Below, one piece after another: positions 27,101 to 36,391 of a stretch of 64,000 nt of DNA. A model generated the notes under the pieces. That model worked only from the letters and a program-made list of their open reading frames with translations, made no database searches and was not told the DNA's origin. Location: positions 960,001 to 1,024,000 of the forward strand of contig OZ220089.1 in NCBI GenBank assembly GCA_964291625.2, read 5' to 3'. Each line of letters opens with the position of its first letter. The first letter of the stretch is position 1. This DNA is from Candidatus Latescibacterota bacterium. GTDB lineage: Bacteria; Latescibacterota; UBA2968; UBA8231. The position numbers were made by a program, and so were the translations under genes.

Positions 27101-29319
27101 GGTAGTGCCACGGCCCCGGGACGCGGCCCTTGTCTTCCGGGGCGAAGCTGCCCCGGCCTCATTGAAGCACGTAGAAGCTGTAATACTCCCCGGGCGCAAT
27201 CAGCCACGTCTTCCGGGGCGAAGCTGCCCCGGCCTCATTGAAGCCCGGGACTATCGGGGCCCTCCCGGCCCCCTCGAAGATGTCTTCCGGGGCGAAGCTG
27301 CCCCGGCCTCATTGAAGCGACGGCGGCGGGGCCTTCCTTCAGAAGTGGGAGAACAGTCTTCCGGGGCGAAGCTGCCCCGGCCTCATTGAAGCAACGACAG
27401 CTAGCTGCGCGTTGCGATCCGCCGCCTTGTCTTCCGGGGCGAAGCTGCCCCGGCCTCATTGAAGCTACGCCTATGGGAGTCGCTTCAGCATGTCCCGCCA
27501 GTCTTCCGGGGCGAAGCTGCCCCGGCCTCATTGAAGCTGGGAGAGCGTGCGGACCCTGTCCCTATGGAGCGCCGAGTCTTCCGGGGCGAAGCTGCCCCGG
27601 CCTCATTGAAGCTCCTTCTTCGTCCAGTCCTTCCCGGCCGGCTGCAGGCGGGTCTTCCGGGGCGAAGCTGCCCCGGCCTCATTGAAGCGACCAGCCCGTC
27701 CGTCTTCACTTGTCGCCCTCCTCCGCTGTCTTCCGGGGCGAAGCTGCCCCGGCCTCATTGAAGCCCGCTCGGACCCGGCCCGGTATGCCCACGTCTACGG
27801 AGTCTTCCGGGGCGAAGCTGCCCCGGCCTCATTGAAGCCCCAGGCCGTGGTAGTGCAGCGGCGCCGTCGCCGTCCGTCTTCCGGGGCGAAGCTGCCCCGG
27901 CCTCATTGAAGCACGCCGATTCACGCCGATTCACGCCGGAGTCCTCGAGGTCTTCCGGGGCGAAGCTGCCCCGGCCTCATTGAAGCCGATGGCCGTCGTT
28001 GGTCGACGGCTCGCGGGTGGTGGCGTCTTCCGGGGCGAAGCTGCCCCGGCCTCATTGAAGCGGGATGAACTCGATCGAGAGACCGCGGAGGATGCGAGGT
28101 CTTCCGGGGCGAAGCTGCCCCGGCCTCATTGAAGCTGGGTGGCCATGCTGTCCCTCCGTGGGGTGGGTGATCGTCTTCCGGGGCGAAGCTGCCCCGGCCT
28201 CATTGAAGCTTGGATAGCGGGGTGTAGTTGTCCGTCACACGGATGGTGTCTTCCGGGGCGAAGCTGCCCCGGCCTCATTGAAGCACCGTCACCCGCTCAG
28301 GGGATCTATCCATACCCGTATGTCTTCCGGGGCGAAGCTGCCCCGGCCTCATTGAAGCCGCCTTCAGTCATTACCACACGTAACCACGCCGCCGGTCTTC
28401 CGGGGCGAAGCTGCCCCGGCCTCATTGAAGCGGATTGACGGGGCGAAGGGTCTTGAGCAGGGCCGAGTCTTCCGGGGCGAAGCTGCCCCGGCCTCATTGA
28501 AGCGCGTTGAGGATGTAGAGGCCGGTCTTGAGGTTCACCGTCTTCCGGGGCGAAGCTGCCCCGGCCTCATTGAAGCAGGTGCGGACACACTTCGGCTGGT
28601 TGTGCCGGACCGGTCTTCCGGGGCGAAGCTGCCCCGGCCTCATTGAAGCGCTTGTACCCCCTCCAGACGCCTATACGGGCCCCAGAGTCTTCCGGGGCGA
28701 AGCTGCCCCGGCCTCATTGAAGCGCCGTGTCCGACCTGCCGGCCGCCGGCGGGGCCTCGTGTCTTCCGGGGCGAAGCTGCCCCGGCCTCATTGAAGCTTG
28801 TCCAGCGCCTGGCGGGTCAGGCGGAGGGAGCGGGGTCTTCCGGGGCGAAGCTGCCCCGGCCTCATTGAAGCGCCAACAGGGAGGCTTTCGAAGCCTACCG
28901 CCGCGGGGTCGTCTTCCGGGGCGAAGCTGCCCCGGCCTCATTGAAGCGGGCCTCTCTGCGTCCTACGGGCGATCTGCGGCGGTCGTCTTCCGGGGCGAAG
29001 CTGCCCCGGCCTCATTGAAGCACAAGAGGCACCAGGGCCTCCAGATGCGCGATGGCCGCCTGTCTTCCGGGGCGAAGCTGCCCCGGCCTCATTGAAGCCG
29101 TATAGCGCCGGGCTTGACCTACCCTTCCCTCACGTCTTCCGGGGCGAAGCTGCCCCGGCCTCATTGAAGCTCGCTCGGAAACGGCACCAACAACCCGCGC
29201 GGCGGGGGTCTTCCGGGGCGAAGCTGCCCCGGCCTCGTGGACGATTGAAGCGAGCCGTCACCTACATCGGCGGGGTCCTGGGTCTTCCGGGGCGAAGCTG
29301 CCCCGGCCTCCTTGAAAGC
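24186..29319 (+). CRISPR. Type I-G CRISPR array: 70 repeats and 69 spacers; repeat GTCTTCCGGGGCGAAGCTGCCCCGGCCTCATTGAAGC (37 bp)
   Basis: Counted by eye: 68 apparently identical repeats from 24186 to 29134, then two variant repeats at 29208 and 29282. Spacers are mostly 35-40 bp (one 42, last 30). The repeat has a CCGGGGC..GCCCCGG hairpin and an ATTGAAGC 3' end. Leader position and distal degeneracy both indicate + orientation. Confidence 0.98.
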
Positions 29320-29362
29320 GCCGGCCTGGCCGCGGCCAAGGCCGGCGCTTTCAATGAGGCCG
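29304..29362. repeat. Near-perfect 59-bp fold-back at the array end, containing an inverted copy of the repeat 3' end
   Basis: cggcctccttgaaagcgccggcctggccg | cggccaaggccggcgctttcaatgaggccg. The arms differ by one mismatch and one indel. Confidence 0.85.
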
Positions 29363-29569
29363 ACAATCAACCGATCGACCAGAGCGAGTCGTCGCAGGCT
29401 TCCTTACAGAGCTGGCGCGGAATCCGCGGGAGAGGGGGCAGCCAGCGGCGGCGCGAGCAGGATCGCGGCCAAGGCGGTGTGGCGGCCGAGCCTTCGACCC
29501 GTTGTTGCCGGGTTGGCGGACTCGGCCTCGGAAGTGAATATCTTGGGCTGACTTGAAAGGAGCGTCACA

Positions 29570-29815
29570 GTGCCGGAGACAATCAGCGCCAGGGAGTTGC
29601 GGGAGCGCTTGGAGGAAATCGTAGAGAAAGTGCGGCTCGGTGGACGATTCACCGTTCTCTACCGCGGTCGACCCGCCTTCGACATCGTCCCGGTCGCGAG
29701 TCCACCGATCGGTAGCGTGCCCTTGGCACTGGACCCTCTCTACCAGGCGCCGGCCGTTGGTGCGTCCGAGACCGGGGACGCCGCCGCCCGGCATGACGAG
29801 GTCCTACACCGGTGA
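29570..29815 (+). CDS. Phd/YefM-family antitoxin (orphan)
   Basis: ISARELRERLEEIVEKVRLGGRFTVLYRGRPAFDIVP, GTG start with AAGGAG RBS. No PIN toxin follows. Confidence 0.8.
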   Translation: MPETISARELRERLEEIVEKVRLGGRFTVLYRGRPAFDIVPVASPPIGSVPLALDPLYQAPAVGASETGDAAARHDEVLHR

Positions 29816-29842
29816 GCGCCCGGACGGTCCGTCTCGCGCCCC

Positions 29843-30259
29843 TCACGCCCCCGGCTGCTTCGCCTCCACCGCGTAGAGCGGTATGCCGCCCAGGTGCTGC
29901 CCGTCCACCCTCAGGACGAACTCGTACGGTCCCGCCCTGGCCAGGGGCAGGTTCTGGATGTTCATCACCACTTCGGCGAAGACGGGTACGCCCGGTGCGG
30001 GCCGGCTCTTCTCATCGAGTCGGAACTCCGCCTTCATCGGCTTCGCGATGTCCTTGTAGTCGGCGTCGACGAAGGACAGCTCGATCTCGTGGGAACCCGT
30101 CTCCGAGAGGTCTCCCTCGATCCGGATGAGCAGGGAGAGACTGGGGTGCAGGCAGGGAAACTTCCCGGCGTGGATCGCCTGGAAGGTCCCGATGATGTTC
30201 ATCTTGCCCTGGGCGCCCGGGGCCACCGAGTCGGCCAGGAGGCCGTATTTCAAATGCAT
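29843..30259 (-). CDS. DUF6941-like small beta-sandwich protein
   Basis: MHLKYGLLADSV...GKMNIIGTFQAI...GPYEFVLRVDGQHLG, the C-terminal 138 aa of ORF 29843..31408. Confidence 0.7.
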   Translation of the reverse strand: MHLKYGLLADSVAPGAQGKMNIIGTFQAIHAGKFPCLHPSLSLLIRIEGDLSETGSHEIELSFVDADYKDIAKPMKAEFRLDEKSRPAPGVPVFAEVVMNIQNLPLARAGPYEFVLRVDGQHLGGIPLYAVEAKQPGA

Positions 30260-30265
30260 GACGTG

Positions 30266-31849
30266 ATGGAGCATCGAAGATCGGCGGACGCCGCGCAAGG
30301 CCCCCGCATGATCAGCAACGACGACGGCTGGCTGGTCTCCAACGGCGATGTGGAAGCCACGCCGGAGGCGATCCAGGAGCACATGGTCCGCACCTACGAG
30401 GGCTCCCCCGTCGACGCCGTGAGCTGGTGCGTGGGCAACCGCGAGGTCTACAACCACGAGACCGACGTGGGCGAGCGCTTCGGCGAGGGCCGGGACGACC
30501 TGGAGGGTCCGGACGCGGTGCGCAAGGCCAACCGCGAACGGCTCATCGAGGCCGCCGGGGGTCCCCTGACCGAGATCACCCGCCAGTTCCACGAGGCGGG
30601 GATGAGGCTGCTGGCCTCGGTGCGCATGAACAGCCACTACGTCGCCGAGTACGCGTCGCCGGGCTTCGGCGAGTTCCGGCGGCGACACGCCGACTGCCTC
30701 ATCGGCCGGCCCGACGAGGACATCCCGGCGCCGAGCGTGGAGCACGCCATCCACCGCGGCGTGGACTACAAGTATCCGGTCGTTCGCGAGCACATGGAGG
30801 CCATCGTCTGCGAGCTGTTCGAGCGCTTCGACGTGGACGGCGTCGAGCTCGACTACATGCGCCATCCCGCCTTCTTCCGGGTCGAGGAGGGCCTGGCCTG
30901 CGGCTACCTGATGACCGACTTCCTGGGCCGCATCCGCCGGCGCCTCGAGGCCGAGTGCTCCCGGCGCGGCCGTCGGGTGGAGCTGCTGGTGCGCGTGCCC
31001 CCGACCCTGGCCGACTCCCGGCGCCTCGGCCTGGACGTGGAGCGCTGGATCGGCGACAGCCTCGTGGACGCGGTGGCGGCCGGGGGCGGCTTCATCCCCT
31101 TCGAGACCCCCGTCGAGGAGTTCGTCGCCGCCGCCGAGGGCACCGACTGCCGCGTCTACGGCAGCCTCGAGGCCCTGCGCCCCTGCCTGGACGAGGGGGC
31201 CCTGCGGGCCCTGGCGGCGCGCTGGTGGGACGCCGGCGTCGACGGGCTCTACCTGTTCAACTACTACGGGGCGCCCAGTGAGTGGAAGCGGCGCGTCCTC
31301 GGCGGGATCGCCGACCGCGAGGGGCTGTCGCGCCGTGACAAGCGCTACGGTCTCGACCGCTGCCTGCTCGGCAAGGAGGGCCACGGCGGCGCCTTCAACC
31401 ACGCCCACCCGCTGGTCTCCCTGCCCGTCTTCCTGGAGGAGACCCGGCCCGGCGGCGGCTGCGAGCTGAGCCTGGAGATCGCCGACGACGCGGAAGCGGC
31501 CGCGGCCGACGGCAGGCTGGACCGCTGCGTCCTCGGCCTCGGGCTGGAGGGGCTCTCCGAGGGCGACGAGCTGGAGGTCCGGTGGAACGGGCGGGTGCTG
31601 CCCTGGGAGGAGCGGCGCGTCTCCCGCGACGGCTGGACCGCGGCGGCCCTGGCCGGCCCGCCCCTCGATCCGAAGATCGGCACCACCACCGAGGAGGGGA
31701 CGCTCATCGAGCTGGACGCCGCGTCTCCGCCGCCACGGCGGGGGAAGAACCAGCTGCGCATCCGGCTGGTGCGAGGAGTGGACTCCCCTCGACGGGCCGT
31801 GGTGCTCAAGGAGGTCCGCCTCGACATCTCCTACCGGCAGGAGGGGTAG
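30266..31849 (+). CDS. Glycoside hydrolase-like TIM-barrel protein (GHL10-like)
   Basis: ISNDDG, LASVRMNSHY, VDYKYPVVREH, ERFDVDGVELDYMRHP, GVDGLYLFNY. Start is 30266 or 30308. Confidence 0.7.
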   Translation: MEHRRSADAAQGPRMISNDDGWLVSNGDVEATPEAIQEHMVRTYEGSPVDAVSWCVGNREVYNHETDVGERFGEGRDDLEGPDAVRKANRERLIEAAGGPLTEITRQFHEAGMRLLASVRMNSHYVAEYASPGFGEFRRRHADCLIGRPDEDIPAPSVEHAIHRGVDYKYPVVREHMEAIVCELFERFDVDGVELDYMRHPAFFRVEEGLACGYLMTDFLGRIRRRLEAECSRRGRRVELLVRVPPTLADSRRLGLDVERWIGDSLVDAVAAGGGFIPFETPVEEFVAAAEGTDCRVYGSLEALRPCLDEGALRALAARWWDAGVDGLYLFNYYGAPSEWKRRVLGGIADREGLSRRDKRYGLDRCLLGKEGHGGAFNHAHPLVSLPVFLEETRPGGGCELSLEIADDAEAAAADGRLDRCVLGLGLEGLSEGDELEVRWNGRVLPWEERRVSRDGWTAAALAGPPLDPKIGTTTEEGTLIELDAASPPPRRGKNQLRIRLVRGVDSPRRAVVLKEVRLDISYRQEG

Positions 31850-31920
31850 CGGTTCCGCCCGTTGCAGAAAGGGCCGGCGCCGGGTACATTCGCCGAAGTG
31901 AACGGATGATCCGGCTTCGT

Positions 31921-32287
31921 GGGGGCGACTTGGCTTCGACGGGGGTGGAGAATTCGAGAGCGCGTGCCGAGGTCCCCGACAACCTCGCTAATCCTCGGGA
32001 ACTCTTACAAACGCCGACGATAACTCGTACGCGTTGGCCGCCTGAGCAATCAGGTAGCCCGTCGGGGCCGGTGGAGCCTGCGCCGCCGGCCCTCGGCGAC
32101 ATCATAGCAGGCTAGCTTGCGGTGACCGTCCCGGCTCCGCCGGCGAAACCTTCGGGGCTGGTCCTATCCGGATCCTGTCGATCGGAACCGGTGCGGACGA
32201 GAGAGCACCAGAGTAGATCGACTACGCACGTAGTGGTCTCGAAGGACTCGCCTTCGGACGCGGGTTCGATTCCCGCCGCCTCCACCA
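31921..32287 (+). ncRNA. ssrA: tmRNA
   Basis: 5' GGGGGCG..GGCTTCGAC and 3' GCGGGTTCGATTCCCGC-CGCCTCC-ACCA form an acceptor stem with a G3:U pair. The tag frame 32013-32045 encodes ADDNSYALAA*. Confidence 0.95.
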
Positions 32288-32319
32288 GAATACCAATGCA
32301 GCCTCTCTCCCAAGCAGGT

Positions 32320-32742
32320 ATGTCGCACACCGAAGCTGAGAAGTATTTGTCACTTGCCAGGCAGCACTTGGAACGTGTCCTCGCTGCATGGGATGACCCC
32401 ACCGATTGGTCAGACCTTTCGCTCTATGGATTCTATTGCCTCGAAGCCTCCGTGGTTTCGGCAGCAATACAGGTGGGGCTCGAGCCCAAGAGGACCCACA
32501 CACGGAAAGCTGAACTGGCGCGAACGCTCCAGCCTCACGGCCTGCCCGATATTGACACTTTGCTCTCGGACCTCAACATGGCTCGCAAAGCGGCCGCCTA
32601 TGGTGATGTAGACTTCCCAGAACTCGATGCAGAAGATGTGGCTGCCAGAATCGAGGAGTATGTGGACGCAGTTTCTGCCTTGTCTGTAGACGAGTCAGAT
32701 GAGGAAGCAGACGAGTCAGATGCGCAGCCAGCTGATGAATGA
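32320..32742 (+). CDS. HEPN-domain protein
   Basis: MSHTEAEKYLSLARQHLE..YCLEASVVS..KRTH..LNMARKAAAYGD. Immediately downstream of ssrA and visibly more AT-rich. Alternative start at 32296. Confidence 0.7.
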   Translation: MSHTEAEKYLSLARQHLERVLAAWDDPTDWSDLSLYGFYCLEASVVSAAIQVGLEPKRTHTRKAELARTLQPHGLPDIDTLLSDLNMARKAAAYGDVDFPELDAEDVAARIEEYVDAVSALSVDESDEEADESDAQPADE

Positions 32743-33406
32743 CACACACCAGTTCATGGATCCGTCCGAAGTGCTCGGAAGGATTGGCAATTGGCCCAGT
32801 ACTCTTGCCAAGGAGTGGGTTCAGAATTGCCTGCAGACATGGCGTCGGAACTCCGCCATCCGGGCAGTTGTCATTCTGGGGTCCATTGTCCGTCCAAGAG
32901 CCAAGTACAGCATTGATGTCGACTTGTTGGTCATCTATGAGAAGGAGAAGCCGGAATACCCGCTCCCACCGCTTGACGTCGATCTTCGATCCTATCGTCA
33001 AGGGGATGTGGAATCTCTTCTGCTGCAGGGACATGAACTGCTGTGCTGGTCAATCCGATTTGGGAAGGTCCTATACGAATGCGATGGATACTGGACAGCC
33101 CTCTGCGACAACTGGAAAGATCGCCTCCCCTTTCCGTCTGCAAGAAAAGCGGATGAACGCGCTGAGAGAGCGAAGAGAGTCCTGCAGGATCTCAGAGTGA
33201 TCGGTGACGAGGAGGCCGCTCACGAGCAGCACATTACCATGCTGACCCAGACTGCCCGTGCATCTCTGATCAGGTCAGGTACCTATCCTGCGTCCCGCCC
33301 TGAACTACCAGATCAGCTGAAGTCGATTGGAGAACAGGAGCTGGCTTCCCAATTGGAGAAAGCACTGCAGACACGACGTGAATGGACCGAAGAGCAAGCA
33401 GTCTAG
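32735..33406 (+). CDS. Minimal nucleotidyltransferase (MNT) with a helical C-terminal extension
   Basis: AVVILGSIVRP....SIDVDLLVI (GS..DxD). Overlaps the HEPN gene end. Confidence 0.75.
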   Translation: MNDTHQFMDPSEVLGRIGNWPSTLAKEWVQNCLQTWRRNSAIRAVVILGSIVRPRAKYSIDVDLLVIYEKEKPEYPLPPLDVDLRSYRQGDVESLLLQGHELLCWSIRFGKVLYECDGYWTALCDNWKDRLPFPSARKADERAERAKRVLQDLRVIGDEEAAHEQHITMLTQTARASLIRSGTYPASRPELPDQLKSIGEQELASQLEKALQTRREWTEEQAV

Positions 33407-33464
33407 CCTGATGCCCTCTGTCGGTGAGGATTCCCGCACGCTCTGCCCCTTGCGTAGTACCCCC

Positions 33465-33732
33465 CTCACTCCCCCAGATTCCCGGGGGTTGTCGTCCAGG
33501 CAATAGAACTCGTCGAAGTCCCAGCCGTTCCAGTACAGCTTCCAGGGCCGTCCCGGACGAGCGCCGGGAGGTAGCGATCCCTTGGTGCTCGGCGAAGCCG
33601 GGGGGTGAAGTCGCCGGCTCTCCCTCGTGGTCCTGCCGGGCGCCGGCAGAGAGTGTGAGTCCGGCGCGCCCATCGTCTCCAGGCTGGCCAGCTCCGGCAG
33701 CGTCAGGCACAGATCCCGGCTGGTGACGCCGG
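33465..33732 (-). pseudogene. Decayed, internally deleted copy of the 3' end of the sulfatase at 38805-40211
   Basis: Shared blocks: ctcactcccccag (the stop region), WKLYWNGWDFDEFY vs WKLCWNGFDFDELY, and LASLETMGAPDS vs LAGLETIGAPDS. Confidence 0.75.
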
Positions 33733-33739
33733 CGGGCTC

Positions 33740-34042
33740 CGGGACTCGCGCATCCCGTCCCTCGGCTATCCCCCGATCCGGGCCCACAGATTCTCGAAGG
33801 AGGCCTACCGGCAGGGCATCGAGACCCATCGGATCGATGGCGCACCGGTCAAGATCTACAGCCGCGAGAAGACCCTGGCGGACTGCTTCAAGTTCCGCAA
33901 CAAGATCGGCGTGGACGTGGTGCTCGAGGCGCTGAAGCTGCATCGGCAACGGAACGGATTCGACCTCCCTGCCCTGGTCGACTGCGCCAGGGCCTGCCGG
34001 GTGGAGAAGGTGATGCGCCCCTACCTGGAAGCCACTGCTTGA
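33740..34042 (+). pseudogene. 5'-truncated AbiEi-family (type IV TA) antitoxin fragment
   Basis: Startless frame RIPSLGYPPIRAHRFS..GIETHRIDGAPVKIYSREKTLADCFKFRNKIGVDVVLEALK..CRVEKVMRPYLEA*. No AbiEii gene follows. Confidence 0.75.
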
Positions 34043-34157
34043 CCTGAGTGTCCAGGGGGGAGGCGAGGCGGAAGGCCGGCTCCCAGCCCCCTTGATCCCC
34101 CCGTGAGAATCCGACATTGTACAGAGCAACATACCCCTTGGCTTGGGAGGAGCATCC

Positions 34158-34457
34158 ATGTATTTCGCCGTCTTCGTGACACACAGAGAAGGAATGGAGC
34201 AGGAGCGGGTCCGTCTCCGGGACGGGTTCGCCGCCTATCTTCGCGATCACGCCGACCATCCGGACGTGGTCGTTCACCACGGGGGGCCCACCCTCGGCGA
34301 CGACGGGGAGACCGTCAACGGTCTGCTCCTGGCGCTCGAGGCTCCCTCCCTCGAGGCGGCCCGGGCCTTCGTCGCCGGCAGCCCCTACGGCCAGGCAGGT
34401 CTCTTCGCCGAGTCCCACGTCCGCCCGTGGGACTGGTTGACGGGGCGGCCCGGCTGA
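34158..34457 (+). CDS. YciI-family protein
   Basis: GGPTLGDDGETVNGLLLALEAPSLEAARAFVAGSPY, with a GGAGG RBS. Confidence 0.8.
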   Translation: MYFAVFVTHREGMEQERVRLRDGFAAYLRDHADHPDVVVHHGGPTLGDDGETVNGLLLALEAPSLEAARAFVAGSPYGQAGLFAESHVRPWDWLTGRPG

Positions 34458-34647
34458 GCTGATCGCGGATCACCCGGCACGCCAGTCCCCACCGGCGGGG
34501 ACCGCGGAGATGCAGCGGTCCCCGCCGGTCCCCCTTGGACTCGGCCGCGTGCAGTGTCCCGTCCACCCTCCGATCCACCGTCCCACATCGGTTGCCGGGG
34601 CCCTGCGCCGTGAGCGTTGACGTGCCTTCCCGGGAGAGAACCCTGCT

Positions 34648-36390
34648 GTGAGCAGCGGTAACCCGCAGCCGGACACCGGCATCCGCTACGAAGCCGACGA
34701 CAAGCCGCCGGCGGCCCTCGCCTTCGCCTGCGGTCTGCAGCTGGTCATCCTCGGCATCACCAGCATCATCTTCATCCCCACGATCGTCATCCGGGCCGGC
34801 GGGGGGACCGACGCCTACCTCTCCTGGGCGGTCTTCGGCGCGGTCTCCGTCAGTGGCATCTGCACGGCCCTGCAGGCGCTCCGGCTGGGCCGGGTCGGAG
34901 CGGGATACCTGCTGTTCATGGGCCCCGCCGGGGCCTTCATCGGGGTCTGCGTCAGTGCCCTCCACGAGGGCGGTCCGGCGCTGCTGGCCACCCTGGTCGT
35001 GGCGTCGTCCCTCGCCCCGATCGTGATCTCCATGCGCCTCGCCCTGTTCCGGCGGCTTCTCACGCCGACGATCGTCGGCACGGTGAACATGCTCGTGCCG
35101 GCCACCGTGCTGCCCGTCGTCTTCAGCCGCCTGACCGACATGCCGGACGACATGGCCCTGAGCGCGCCCCTCACGGCCGTAGCAACACTTCTGGTGATCA
35201 GCGGCATCTCCCTGAAAGCGGGTCCGACGCTGCGTTTGTGGGCTCCCCTCGTCGGGGTCGTCGCCGGCTCGCTGGTCGCCGGATCGCTGGGCCTCTACGA
35301 TCCGGAGCGCGTGGCCCGGGCGCCGTGGATCGGCGCGCCGGAGGGTGGCTGGCCGGGTGTGGGGCTCGACCTCGGTCCCGCCTTCGTGCAGCTGCTGCCC
35401 GCCTTCGTATTCGTGGCCCTCATCGGCGCCATCCAGACGATCACCGCTTCCGTCGCCATCCAGCGCGTCTCGTGGCGCCGGCCGCGGGCCGTGGACTACC
35501 GGGCGGTCGAGGGGGCCGTGGCCGCCGACGGCATCGGCAAGCTGCTCTCCGGCGTCGCGGCGATCGTGCCGACCCAGACGATCGGGGTCAGCGTCCCCAT
35601 GACCGAGCTGACGGGGGTGGCGGCGCGGGTCGTGGGAATCGCCGCCGGCGCCGTGCTGGTGGCGCTGGCCTTCCTGCCCAAGGCCCTGGCCCTGATCCTG
35701 GCCATCCCCAGCCCGGTGATCGTCGCCTACCTCGCCGTCGTGCTGGCCATGACCTTCGTCCGAGGCATGATGGAAGTGGTGCAGGGCGGCATCGACCATC
35801 GCAAGGGACTGATCTGCGGCGTCGCCTTCTGGGTCGGCGTCGGCTGCCAGAACGACCTGCTCTTCCCCGGGCTTCTCTCGGAGCTGGCGGGCGGCCTGCT
35901 GAAGAACGGCATCACCGCCGGGGGGATCGTGGCGATCCTCATGACTCTCTTCCTCGAAGCCACCGCACCGCGCCGCAGCCGCATCGAAGGGGAGCTCGAT
36001 CTTTCGGTGCTGCCAAGGCTCAGGGAGTTCCTCGGCGCCTTCGCCTCCCGCAGCGGCTGGGGGGAGAGCATGGTGGACCGCCTCGACGCCGCCACGGAGG
36101 AGACCCTTCTGACGCTGATCGGCGAGGAGGAGGACGGGAAGCGCGACGGGCGGCGCCTGCTGCTGCAGGCGCGCAAGGAAGCCGACGGCGCCGTCCTCGA
36201 GTTCATCGCCGCCTCCGGCGAGGAGAACCTCCAGAACCGGATCGCCCTGCTCACGGATACCCCCGACGAGGTGCTGATGGAGCGGGAGGTCTCGCTGCGG
36301 CTGTTGCGGCACATCGCGTCGTCCGTCCGCCACCAGCAGTTCCACGACACGGAGATCGTGACGGTCCACGTGAAACCGCCGGATTCGTGA
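34648..36390 (+). CDS. NCS2 (xanthine/uracil) family permease with a C-terminal HATPase/RsbW-like soluble domain
   Basis: NCS2-like TM region (LQALRLGRVGAGYLL, GAVAADGIG, ELTGVAAR) followed by ~130 soluble residues (RLDAATEETLLTL, SLRLLRHIASSVRHQQFH). Confidence 0.8.
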   Translation: MSSGNPQPDTGIRYEADDKPPAALAFACGLQLVILGITSIIFIPTIVIRAGGGTDAYLSWAVFGAVSVSGICTALQALRLGRVGAGYLLFMGPAGAFIGVCVSALHEGGPALLATLVVASSLAPIVISMRLALFRRLLTPTIVGTVNMLVPATVLPVVFSRLTDMPDDMALSAPLTAVATLLVISGISLKAGPTLRLWAPLVGVVAGSLVAGSLGLYDPERVARAPWIGAPEGGWPGVGLDLGPAFVQLLPAFVFVALIGAIQTITASVAIQRVSWRRPRAVDYRAVEGAVAADGIGKLLSGVAAIVPTQTIGVSVPMTELTGVAARVVGIAAGAVLVALAFLPKALALILAIPSPVIVAYLAVVLAMTFVRGMMEVVQGGIDHRKGLICGVAFWVGVGCQNDLLFPGLLSELAGGLLKNGITAGGIVAILMTLFLEATAPRRSRIEGELDLSVLPRLREFLGAFASRSGWGESMVDRLDAATEETLLTLIGEEEDGKRDGRRLLLQARKEADGAVLEFIAASGEENLQNRIALLTDTPDEVLMEREVSLRLLRHIASSVRHQQFHDTEIVTVHVKPPDS

Positions 36391-36391
36391 G

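Noticed and set aside
24158-29556. Many short ORFs with repeated VFRGEAAPASLK, LPGRSCPGLIEA or MRPGQLRPGR
   Set aside because: Translations of CRISPR repeats, not genes.
30259-30266. Divergent start codons only 6 bp apart, suggesting a leaderless bidirectional promoter
   Set aside because: The plus-strand start could equally be 30308, so this cannot be supported without transcription start data.
32270-34100. Intact prophage or integrative element at ssrA
   Set aside because: No integrase, and no duplicated tmRNA 3' end (att site) was seen in the window.
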